DNA from: an uncultured Bacteroidaceae bacterium
GTDB taxonomy: Bacteria > Bacteroidota > Bacteroidia > Bacteroidales > GCA-2748055
Assembly (NCBI GenBank): GCA_964583445.1
Contig: CAZOXI010000002.1
Coordinates: forward strand, 1 to 37,226
Direction: 5' to 3'
Length of the DNA: 37,226 nt
This document shows positions 1 to 7,807 of this stretch, piece after piece. Position 1 is the first letter of the stretch; the number at the start of each line of letters is the position of its first letter. Below the pieces are notes generated by a model, which was not told the DNA's origin, searched no databases, and saw only the letters and a list, made by a program, of their open reading frames with translations. Made by a program: the position numbers and the translations under genes.

Positions 1-519
1 CCAGCGGAAGTTGCTCGTCCGGCGCATGCGCGGACATGGACGCAGGTTTCTTCGGTGGACCCTGTTTCTTTCCGCGGATACAGTATTAACTAACTTGGTC
101 CTGTAACGGGTAAGGTCCCGGAGCTCTCTTATATCCCTGACAGGTATAAAGCTCCCTTTTAGCAATCCGCTTAATAAAAGCTTAGCCAGCCAACGGCTGT
201 CACGTTTATCTGTTTTATGTCCAGGCACATTTTTAACATGCCTGGCGTTAACCAGTAATATCTCAAACTCATCATTAAGGATGTTGAACAAAGGCTTCCA
301 GTAAACACCAGTACTCTCCATTGCTATATGCGTGACTTCGTGTTTGCGCAGCCATACCTTAAGCTTCTTTAGCGAGTTGGTGTATGTACTATAACTCTTT
401 GTCATGGTTGTTATTCCCTTACCTCTAATGGTAACTACTACCTCTTTTTGGTGAACATCTATGCCGCAACCGCGTTCTATTATCTGTTCAAATTCAATAA
501 AATCATTTTTTTTAGCCAT
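1..519 (-). CDS. IS110-family (DEDD) transposase/recombinase, N-terminal ~173 codons; the ORF runs off the left window edge
   Basis: It is absent from the ORF track because there is no stop in the window. My minus-strand translation from the ATG at 519..517 reads MAKKNDFIEFEQIIERGCGIDVHQKEVVVTIRGKGITTMTKSYSTYTNSLKKLKVWLRKHEVTHIAMESTGVYWKPLFNILNDEFEILLVNARHVKNVPGHKTDKRDSRWLAKLLLSGLLKGSFIPVRDIRELRDLTRYRTKLVNTVSAERNRV... The GIDVHK-like, ESTGxYW and K(T)DKxDxxWLA motifs are the hallmark of the IS110 N-terminal domain. Confidence 0.8.
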   Translation of the reverse strand, partial: MAKKNDFIEFEQIIERGCGIDVHQKEVVVTIRGKGITTMTKSYSTYTNSLKKLKVWLRKHEVTHIAMESTGVYWKPLFNILNDEFEILLVNARHVKNVPGHKTDKRDSRWLAKLLLSGLLKGSFIPVRDIRELRDLTRYRTKLVNTVSAERNRVHRRNLRPCPRMRRTSNFRW

Positions 520-720
520 TTGGTTTATTTTTGGGTTAAATAAATTAAATGGCTTTTTTAATGCTTTTGTTCGAAGCGCCGACTCAAATTACATGTCCTT
601 TTCATGTGTATAAATTTTAATTAAGTATATGATATATAAATAGTTGTGAAATTCAGTTTAACTTCATGTGACCAGTTGCCTCGCATCATAAAATAGTACA
701 ATAGGTGCTCGGCGAACCTT
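1..720 (-). mobile_element. IS110-family insertion sequence, 5' (left-end) portion; the outer boundary cannot be determined from this window
   Basis: This span is the transposase 5' part (1..519) plus its upstream AT-rich non-coding leader. IS110 elements lack conspicuous terminal inverted repeats, so the end at 720 is a guess. The true end lies somewhere between about 560 and 895. Confidence 0.4.
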
Positions 721-896
721 CATCAATAGTCCTTACGCTTCGTGCAATACTATATACATCTCCTTTTGTGCTTGCTTCCTCTGAAAATAAAATGCTCAAT
801 GATGAAGGTTTCATTAAAGAAGAATATTGTTCGCCCAAACAAAAGATTTTCCTTTTTTCGGGGGGGGTTCCCTGTTCTGCATGGCGAGGAACAGGT

Positions 897-933
897 GAAA
901 AACAAAAACCGCCCCGGGTATTATCCGGGACGG
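897..933 (-). terminator. Rho-independent terminator of the 993..4988 gene
   Basis: The minus strand reads CCGTCCCGG-ATAATAC-CCGGGGCGG followed by TTTTTGTTTTT. That is a 9-bp GC-rich stem with one G.U pair, a 7-nt loop and a U-tract, about 60 nt after the stop codon. On the plus strand the same hairpin (with a C.A mismatch) is followed by TTCTTATTTTTATT, so it may act weakly in both directions. Confidence 0.7.
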
Positions 934-992
934 TTCTTATTTTTATTAAACCATTAAAAATGGCTTAATTTTCATCTTATCAATTTAGAGGA

Positions 993-3900
993 TTACTTCG
1001 TTATATGCAGTTTTCCGGTAATGATATTCTCTCCTGATTCCAGCCTGACGAAATAGACACCTGCTTTTATTTCAGAAATATCCAGGGTTACCTCCGTATT
1101 AAAGTGCTGCTGCTGGTATACGACCTGACCCAAAATATCAATAATCGAAATCTCCACTCTGTTTCCGAGGTTGGATAAGCGCATATGTACCTCACCGTTA
1201 GCAGGGTTAGGATACATCAGCATAGACGGACCAGTTGCCTCTTCAATACCCACAGGCCATTGTACAATCACATTAATCAACTCCATTGTAGTCTTGTCAC
1301 CGTCGTCGGCAATGGCCTTCAAAATAAAGGTACCCCGCTCAGCAAAGGTAACCTCGGTTGCCATCTGACTGGCATCTCCTATGGTTACCGAACCTGCATC
1401 GCCCTCGGAGGCTTCAACCTCCCAGTGGAATGAAAGCTCAGGCGGAACAGGGTTCCCGTCGTCCTCGACAAGTACAGATACTGCTAATACCGTGCCGGTA
1501 TTGATGGTTGTATCGGTAAATGCCAGGGTAACCGAGGGAGCCTGGTTGGTCTCAAATGATGTCTCATTCAGGAAATTCAGAAAATAGGTCTTCGAATTGG
1601 TCCCATCCTCCGAAACCACAAAAAGCCGGTCATCAATAAACATAACACCCATCGTACGTTCATTACCAAGTTTATCCAGCACCTTGACTTCCGCCCCCTT
1701 CACAGGAATAATTTCCTTTATGAAAGACGCGGGCGTAACGCCTTCCGGGATATTGCTAATCCAGGAATTGTCCTGATCCACCTCGAAAAGGTTGGAGACC
1801 ACGTAAGCATCACTGCTCAATGAGGGAGGAGCCATCTGATAGAGAATAGTGGTTTTGTCTTCTGCAACCACCTTAAAATATACCTGATCGCTTACCAGTG
1901 TCTTCACATAAACCGTATCATAATTCAGCACTTGCAATGGCAGTATATGGCCATCCGCATCAACTACATTTAACGTTGCCAGATCGGGAACGATCAGACT
2001 ATCCAGCACACTGGAAATGGTCTGCCCGTATTTCAACCCGCCAATGGTCCCTGTACTACCGTCAATTTCAACGGTAATGGTTGTGCCGTCAACAGGTTCC
2101 AGCACTGCATCACCATCCAGTGGATTATTAACGAGCAGGTAAGCAGTTTGGTTCTCTCCATTGGCAGATGTTACATGAAGAGTATCACCACCAGCCACAT
2201 TGTCTTCTGCTGCCCTGACCGCTCCATCTGTAGCACTGTGAACCTCCAGTACCTGGTCTTCATGGCTCTTATCCACTTTACCCATGAATTCTGTCAGGGT
2301 GGTCGTTGTCATGTCACCCTGGATCGACTGGAGTCCCTGGTAGCCGGTACTCACCTTGTATACCAGGGAGGTGACCTTGGAAAGATGCGCTGTCACAGGA
2401 TCCGCACTGTGGTTCCCGAAATCATCCAGTGCCCTGGGAAATTGAGCCATCCCATAACCCTCTATCGCGGTACTGGTGGCCATCCAGCCACATGAATCGG
2501 CATTCAGGCTCAAATCAGCCTCCAGTTCAGTAACACCCTGGTAAACGCTCGGTTTTCTCCAGAGCCATTTAGTCATACCACTCACGTCTACAGTATCCTG
2601 ACCTACCCCAATATTCCATGGAGCTCCGCTCAGCCATCCGTAACAATCCACCAGTTCATAATCCTCAGGATCAATACCCACCTCTTTAGTTCCATTCAAC
2701 ACGGAGTCATTTAATATTTTAAATATCCATTTCTTGAAATCTCTATTCATTGGGTGAGCCAATGGTGCATTCCAATCTCCATCGTCCCATGTATTATTTG
2801 TCCAATCAAGATTCCTGGAAAAATCCGCTTCTGTTCGTGCTGCAACATCGGGCTGGAAACGATCCGGTTTGTGAACTGGATTTCCCTGCATTGACATATC
2901 GAAGGTCTCATGGGGTTTTACAATAGGATTAACCTTCGGATCGAATTTAAGGACCCAGCCTTTTGCAAGGAACTCAGAGAAATCTGGATATACGTAGCCT
3001 GGAACATATTTTTTGTACCTGTCGCGCCAGTTACTTACAGAATCACGTCCCATCTCCTCGGCCAACGCTGCGGCAGGAGTTGTGGCACCTGAGCCCAGAA
3101 TAAGATAACGACTCAAATCCAGATCAACATCAGAGGGATTGTATATCTCCATCATATCGTTCGCCCAGTGCCAACGGACCTGTATTTCCGATATGAAGGG
3201 TTCTCCAATGAATGCCTGCCGCTCTTCCGGTGGTATATCCACATTGAACAATACCTTGTATGCATTGGTTACAGAATCATCTTCAGAAGTTACATGAATC
3301 GTTGTCGTCCGCTCCGCAGCAGATCCGAAAAGATTTGTTGCCGGTTGAATATTTACCATTGCGCCCAGAGACTGTGGTTTGGCAACAAGTGCAGGAACAG
3401 TTCGAGTGCCAAAGGGCAAGGTAATGGTGTAACTTATCCGACCAGAAGAAAAGTCAGGAAGGGTATCCCCCCTGATCCAGTCCAGAAGCTCATCCTCCGG
3501 ATAATCCGGCCAGGTAATACTAAGCAGATCGGCATTGTCACTCGGTTCATAATCCATCACTGATAACACATAATCCCGTGTTACCGTCTCATCTTCAGAA
3601 GTTACTCTGAGTATATCACCATGTTTCACATCGGCCCGTTCAACGCCATCTACCCAGACCATCTCCCAGTTCGCTTCCGGCGCTTTTTCAAGGTACTTTC
3701 GCAAAGTATCAACCCTTGTACCAAAGGGAACAAACCAGATTGAATCTTTCCCCGGAATACCCTCTGATACCATATAATCCGTAGTCCACCCTGTCTGCAG
3801 GCCATCGGCATCGTAGGTTCTTCTTCGCTTTGGGTATACCCTTGCAATATTGGCAGCAGGTTCATCGACTGAGATTGTAAGGCTGACCTCTTCAAGGTCG

Positions 3901-4988
3901 TTTCCATAGGCATACAGAACCAACACATCTCCATCACGTGCAAGTATATGCGCAGAGTCCTCTGAAGCATTATCAGCAAGATCACTATCCAGAATGTAGT
4001 CCCAGCTCATTCCATCACCGAGTGTCAGGTCGTGAATGATCGAGTCTCCCCCCTGGGTGCCCCAGGGAACTGCCATGGTTCCGGCGGCAAGATCGATATC
4101 ATAGAGCCCGGATGCAGCACTAATGCTATAATCACCATGGTTGCCTATCGTATAAGGATGTTTTGCCCATGCGTCTGCCACATTGTGTGGCATTAAAATC
4201 CATTCAGAATCTTCCGCACTGGTTCCCCTGGAAACATCAAAATCAATATTGCCTTTTGTTACATTGTTTTTTCTGACCAAAGAAAAGTTATTAGCCGCAT
4301 TGTCCACACCGGCAATCGCTATATTATTGAAAGATGCTCTGCTTTCATCATCAAGTACCGTTGAATTGAATACGTCAATAACAAAGGAGTCATTGGGAGG
4401 AAAATACCACAGACAATGACCGCCAATAGTATTCATCCAAAACAGATCGTAATAGGGCACGATTGAATCAATTCCAAAGGCCAGCACTTCCGGCTTATTT
4501 ACAAATTCGCCTGATGGGTTAAAGATTCCTTCACTAGCTAAAACCGGAAAATCTGTAAATTTGATCTTAGCTTCATTATTACCAAGGGTCATGTGTGTAT
4601 ATGGATATGGCAACCCGTTATATATGGCACGGTGGGAATCGGTAAAAGGAGCAATCACGAATGATTCTCCGGCTTCAAGTATACCGCTTAACTTTGTTCT
4701 CATTTCCGGATGTGTTGTCCAGGAACCCCTGCTGGCACTGATTACCAACTTTGTTTTATTGCCATTCTCATCAAAGCTGTAATTAAAATGGCTTCTCCCG
4801 TTGCCATTCACGGCAGTAATCCCGAATTGGGAAAGATTCAATGCTGTATCTCCAACATTCGTAATTTCAAGCCAGCCTGCAATATTGTTCATACTGACTT
4901 CGCTAATGATCAGCCTGGGTATAGTGTCTTGCGACCAGACCGCCAGAGTCATCATTAGTAGTGTTAACAGTGTAGTAATTCTTCTCAT
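993..4988 (-). CDS. Large secreted T9SS cargo protein (1331 aa) with two lamin-tail-domain (LTD) modules, cadherin-like/Ig-like beta-sandwich repeats and a type-A Por C-terminal sorting domain
   Basis: The signal peptide is MRRITTLLTLLMMTLAVWSQ. LTD signature 1 is LIISEVSMNNIAGWLEITNVGDTALNLSQF and signature 2 is FISEIQVRWHWANDMMEIYNPSDVDLDLSRYLILG. A cadherin-like beta-sandwich stretch reads DLLSITW...ISYTITLPFGTRTVPALVA...TTIHVTSEDDSVTNAYKVLF. The last ~75 aa (MYPNPANGEVHMRL...AGVYFVRLESGENIITGKLHITK) are a classic T9SS CTD. I recognise no catalytic motif. Confidence 0.9.
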   Translation of the reverse strand: MRRITTLLTLLMMTLAVWSQDTIPRLIISEVSMNNIAGWLEITNVGDTALNLSQFGITAVNGNGRSHFNYSFDENGNKTKLVISASRGSWTTHPEMRTKLSGILEAGESFVIAPFTDSHRAIYNGLPYPYTHMTLGNNEAKIKFTDFPVLASEGIFNPSGEFVNKPEVLAFGIDSIVPYYDLFWMNTIGGHCLWYFPPNDSFVIDVFNSTVLDDESRASFNNIAIAGVDNAANNFSLVRKNNVTKGNIDFDVSRGTSAEDSEWILMPHNVADAWAKHPYTIGNHGDYSISAASGLYDIDLAAGTMAVPWGTQGGDSIIHDLTLGDGMSWDYILDSDLADNASEDSAHILARDGDVLVLYAYGNDLEEVSLTISVDEPAANIARVYPKRRRTYDADGLQTGWTTDYMVSEGIPGKDSIWFVPFGTRVDTLRKYLEKAPEANWEMVWVDGVERADVKHGDILRVTSEDETVTRDYVLSVMDYEPSDNADLLSITWPDYPEDELLDWIRGDTLPDFSSGRISYTITLPFGTRTVPALVAKPQSLGAMVNIQPATNLFGSAAERTTTIHVTSEDDSVTNAYKVLFNVDIPPEERQAFIGEPFISEIQVRWHWANDMMEIYNPSDVDLDLSRYLILGSGATTPAAALAEEMGRDSVSNWRDRYKKYVPGYVYPDFSEFLAKGWVLKFDPKVNPIVKPHETFDMSMQGNPVHKPDRFQPDVAARTEADFSRNLDWTNNTWDDGDWNAPLAHPMNRDFKKWIFKILNDSVLNGTKEVGIDPEDYELVDCYGWLSGAPWNIGVGQDTVDVSGMTKWLWRKPSVYQGVTELEADLSLNADSCGWMATSTAIEGYGMAQFPRALDDFGNHSADPVTAHLSKVTSLVYKVSTGYQGLQSIQGDMTTTTLTEFMGKVDKSHEDQVLEVHSATDGAVRAAEDNVAGGDTLHVTSANGENQTAYLLVNNPLDGDAVLEPVDGTTITVEIDGSTGTIGGLKYGQTISSVLDSLIVPDLATLNVVDADGHILPLQVLNYDTVYVKTLVSDQVYFKVVAEDKTTILYQMAPPSLSSDAYVVSNLFEVDQDNSWISNIPEGVTPASFIKEIIPVKGAEVKVLDKLGNERTMGVMFIDDRLFVVSEDGTNSKTYFLNFLNETSFETNQAPSVTLAFTDTTINTGTVLAVSVLVEDDGNPVPPELSFHWEVEASEGDAGSVTIGDASQMATEVTFAERGTFILKAIADDGDKTTMELINVIVQWPVGIEEATGPSMLMYPNPANGEVHMRLSNLGNRVEISIIDILGQVVYQQQHFNTEVTLDISEIKAGVYFVRLESGENIITGKLHITK

Positions 4989-5497
4989 AATAAAAAACAG
5001 TTTTAGTTAAAAAATTCAATTACTGGATTAAAACGAAGTAATGTTTGTAAAAATGACCAAAATAAACAAAACTTACAGGGTGCAAAAAAGATCAAAGAAT
5101 GGGGGTAATTCGACCCATCCGGAACCTTGTCCTTTTTCTTGTTAAACGCACCTTAGAAAAATCATCAACTAACCAATGAAACGGGCAGCCCTTCCACACA
5201 ATTTATTCCCAAAGTGAGTTTTACAGTCAGCAAACTTAAGAATGCGGAGTGCTTATTAACGCAAAGTAATTGGTTACAGCAATGAATCATGCAACAAGAC
5301 CTGAGGTATGAAATATTCACGGTGATAACAAGGATAACCTCAAATATGCTAATTTACACCCTATGAATAAACAAATCACACACCTTTTTCAAAATTTTAA
5401 TTCAACTATCTTTATACTTTCATCCTACGTTTTTAAAAAACACCAAATTGTTTTTATGAGTTTGATCAGATCATCGACACAATTAACTAACAAGGAT

Positions 5498-7792
5498 ATG
5501 CTGACAAAACTGATGAATAGATTGTTGCTCTTAACATTACTTCTATTATTCAACGGTTGTAAAGACATTTACGATCAGGCGAAATATAATCCTCCCGACT
5601 GGTTGGCAGGAAAGGTTTTTGTACAAGTATCGGAACAGGATAATCTGACCCTGTTCACGGAGTGTTTGCGCAGGGTGGGAATGGATACAATCCTGGATGT
5701 ATCTGGCAGCTTTACTGTATTTGCCCCCTCTGATGAAGCCATGAATCAGTACCTGTCCGAGAATGGATATCAGGATGTAAGTGACATACCAAAAGAGGTA
5801 GTTGACCCAATCGTAAAATACCATATTATCCAGAATGCCTGGAGCAGGAACCAACTGCAGAAACTGGATTTGGATGGCTGGATTGATCCACGGGATCCGA
5901 AAAGCAAACCAAGGGCTTATAAAAGGCAAACCCTTTTGAAAAACTCAAATGAGAAATACTGGGTCACAACCCAAAACCAGGAGGAAGTGATCCTGGCTGA
6001 TTCTGCAAATGCGAAGCAATACAAGAAGGTATATACCCGATCCCGTAAATATGTTCCCATCTTTTTTGACGAATTCTTCGAGGTTTTTGATCTTTCACCG
6101 CAAGATTACAGCTTCTATTTTAACAGGGACTATCAACCGGGTAATATTTATTATGCAGGTGCCAGGATAACCCAGGATGAAATATTTGCTGAAAATGGTT
6201 TTGTATATGTAATCGACAAAGTGGTAAAACCCATGCTGAACGCCAAAGAAATGTTGGAAAGAAAAAATCCAGGAGAGTCATACCAAACCTTCCTGAATCT
6301 GATTTACCAGTTCCCCGATTTCAGATCAAACCTGCAAGCGACTTTTAACCAGCAAGATGCCAGGGAAGGAAAGCTATTTGATACGCTTTTTAATCTCAGC
6401 TTTCCTATGCTTCCTTTTGATATTCATGAAGAATTGACCGGACCGAACCTGAATAATTCCAATTACACCTACTTATATCATAATGGTGTATATGTTCCAA
6501 CGGATGAAGCTTTTCAATCCTTTCTTAACGACGTAGTGTTGTCTACCTCTGGTTTGCCTCACTGGAACAGCTTTGAAGATTTACCTGGTCGCGTAAAGCA
6601 AATCATTGTCCAGTCACACTTTGCCACTACCCCCGTTTATCCTTCAGATATGAGTGGGGGATTTGAGGATGCTAACGGAAGTATTATCTACATTGATGAG
6701 TCGGACATTATCAGAAAAGAGTTTGGCAGCAACTGTACCTTTTTGGGCCTCAATAAGACCATCGCACCCCGGGCACTTACCAGCATTGCAGCACCGGTAT
6801 ATCTCAGGCCCGGTTATTCGATTTTCATCTATGCAATTGAGTATTCGAAAGTATTGAATGCCCTTACCAAGCGCAATAAGGAGTATTGCTTTTTCCCGAT
6901 CCCTGACCAAGTATTGGAATTGGACTCATCACTGCTCATTAACTGGGTCGACCGCGAACGTGAGATATATCGTTTCAGAGCTTTAAACAGGGCCGACATG
7001 TTAATGACAGGAATGTCCGCCTCCGAACTTGGTAAGCGGATTCTGAACCAGGTAGGAACTTCTTTGCCCACGGGAAGTGCCGACAAGGAGTTTATCGAAA
7101 CCCTCGGCGGGAAACTGATTATCTGGAACAACCTGGATAATACTGTGCAGGGAAGTGCTGCCAACGTTTTCGGTTACAAGGGCGATTCCATCATTAAGGT
7201 AAACCCCGTTCTCTTGGAAGAACCTACTGATAACGGGATAACTTACAGCGTAAATTCATGGTTTAGTCACACATCGGGTGATATGTATGCCAGAATCTCC
7301 AGATATTCAAAGTTTCGCAGCCTGATGCAAAAAGCAGGTATGTTTGACCCAAAAACTTTCAGGTTTCCTTTCCTCACCGAGGGAGAGTTCTATACAATAT
7401 TCATTCCCTCAACTGAAGCCATGGAGAATTACGGAGTGGATTCGCTTTCCATTGAGGATCTCACTGCGTTCATACGGTTTCATTTTGTTAAGGGCGAAAA
7501 GATATTTACCGACAACAAGAAAGCCTGGAAGGATTACGAAACTTTAAGGGTAGATGAATCCTCCACTACATTCAATACATACTACTCTACCCTCAACATA
7601 CGGCCGGGCAGGGATGTAATCGATATACTTGATGAAGACGGGAACCCGTACGTAACAATTCACGAAACTTCAGGAAAAAACAACATCCCTATCTTTTATG
7701 ATACTGATAAATCGCCGGACAGTAATTCCGAAACGGATATGATCATAACTGCCGTTGCACATGAAATTGATACTGTTCTAATCAAACAATAA
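5498..7792 (+). CDS. Fasciclin (FAS1) multi-domain lipoprotein, 3-4 FAS1 repeats (FAS1a)
   Basis: The track ORF starts at 5363, but a lipoprotein signal MLTKLMNRLLLLTLLLLFNGC begins at the ATG at 5498 (alternative ATG at 5513). FAS1 H1-type motifs are FTVFAPSDEAMNQY, VYVPTDEAFQSF, YTIFIPSTEAMENY and a degenerate YCFFPIPDQV. YH-type motifs are IVKYHIIQN and FIRFHFVKG. The C-terminus AHEIDTVLI is a typical FAS1 end. Confidence 0.85.
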   Translation: MLTKLMNRLLLLTLLLLFNGCKDIYDQAKYNPPDWLAGKVFVQVSEQDNLTLFTECLRRVGMDTILDVSGSFTVFAPSDEAMNQYLSENGYQDVSDIPKEVVDPIVKYHIIQNAWSRNQLQKLDLDGWIDPRDPKSKPRAYKRQTLLKNSNEKYWVTTQNQEEVILADSANAKQYKKVYTRSRKYVPIFFDEFFEVFDLSPQDYSFYFNRDYQPGNIYYAGARITQDEIFAENGFVYVIDKVVKPMLNAKEMLERKNPGESYQTFLNLIYQFPDFRSNLQATFNQQDAREGKLFDTLFNLSFPMLPFDIHEELTGPNLNNSNYTYLYHNGVYVPTDEAFQSFLNDVVLSTSGLPHWNSFEDLPGRVKQIIVQSHFATTPVYPSDMSGGFEDANGSIIYIDESDIIRKEFGSNCTFLGLNKTIAPRALTSIAAPVYLRPGYSIFIYAIEYSKVLNALTKRNKEYCFFPIPDQVLELDSSLLINWVDREREIYRFRALNRADMLMTGMSASELGKRILNQVGTSLPTGSADKEFIETLGGKLIIWNNLDNTVQGSAANVFGYKGDSIIKVNPVLLEEPTDNGITYSVNSWFSHTSGDMYARISRYSKFRSLMQKAGMFDPKTFRFPFLTEGEFYTIFIPSTEAMENYGVDSLSIEDLTAFIRFHFVKGEKIFTDNKKAWKDYETLRVDESSTTFNTYYSTLNIRPGRDVIDILDEDGNPYVTIHETSGKNNIPIFYDTDKSPDSNSETDMIITAVAHEIDTVLIKQ

Positions 7793-7807
7793 CCCTACAT
7801 TAGTTAT

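Noticed and set aside
853-896. A T6 and G8 homopolymer pair (853..867) and a second hairpin CCTGTTC-N11-GAACAGG (871..895), considered as a phase-variation switch or second terminator
   Set aside because: They lie in non-coding DNA with no adjacent ORF or promoter whose spacing they would alter. The hairpin has no U-tract on either strand. They may be a remnant of an IS target or end, but nothing supports a function.
705-968. Two overlapping small plus-strand ORFs (87 and 71 aa) between the IS110 leader and the terminator
   Set aside because: They overlap each other in different frames and run through the terminator hairpins and the T6/G8 homopolymers. They have low-complexity, unrecognisable sequences and no start context. 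They are most likely non-coding.
5363-5497. 45-codon N-terminal extension of the FAS1a ORF
   Set aside because: The extension (MNKQITHLFQNFNSTIFILSSYVFKKHQ...) has no signal-peptide character. A canonical lipoprotein signal with a lipobox Cys begins at the internal ATG at 5498.
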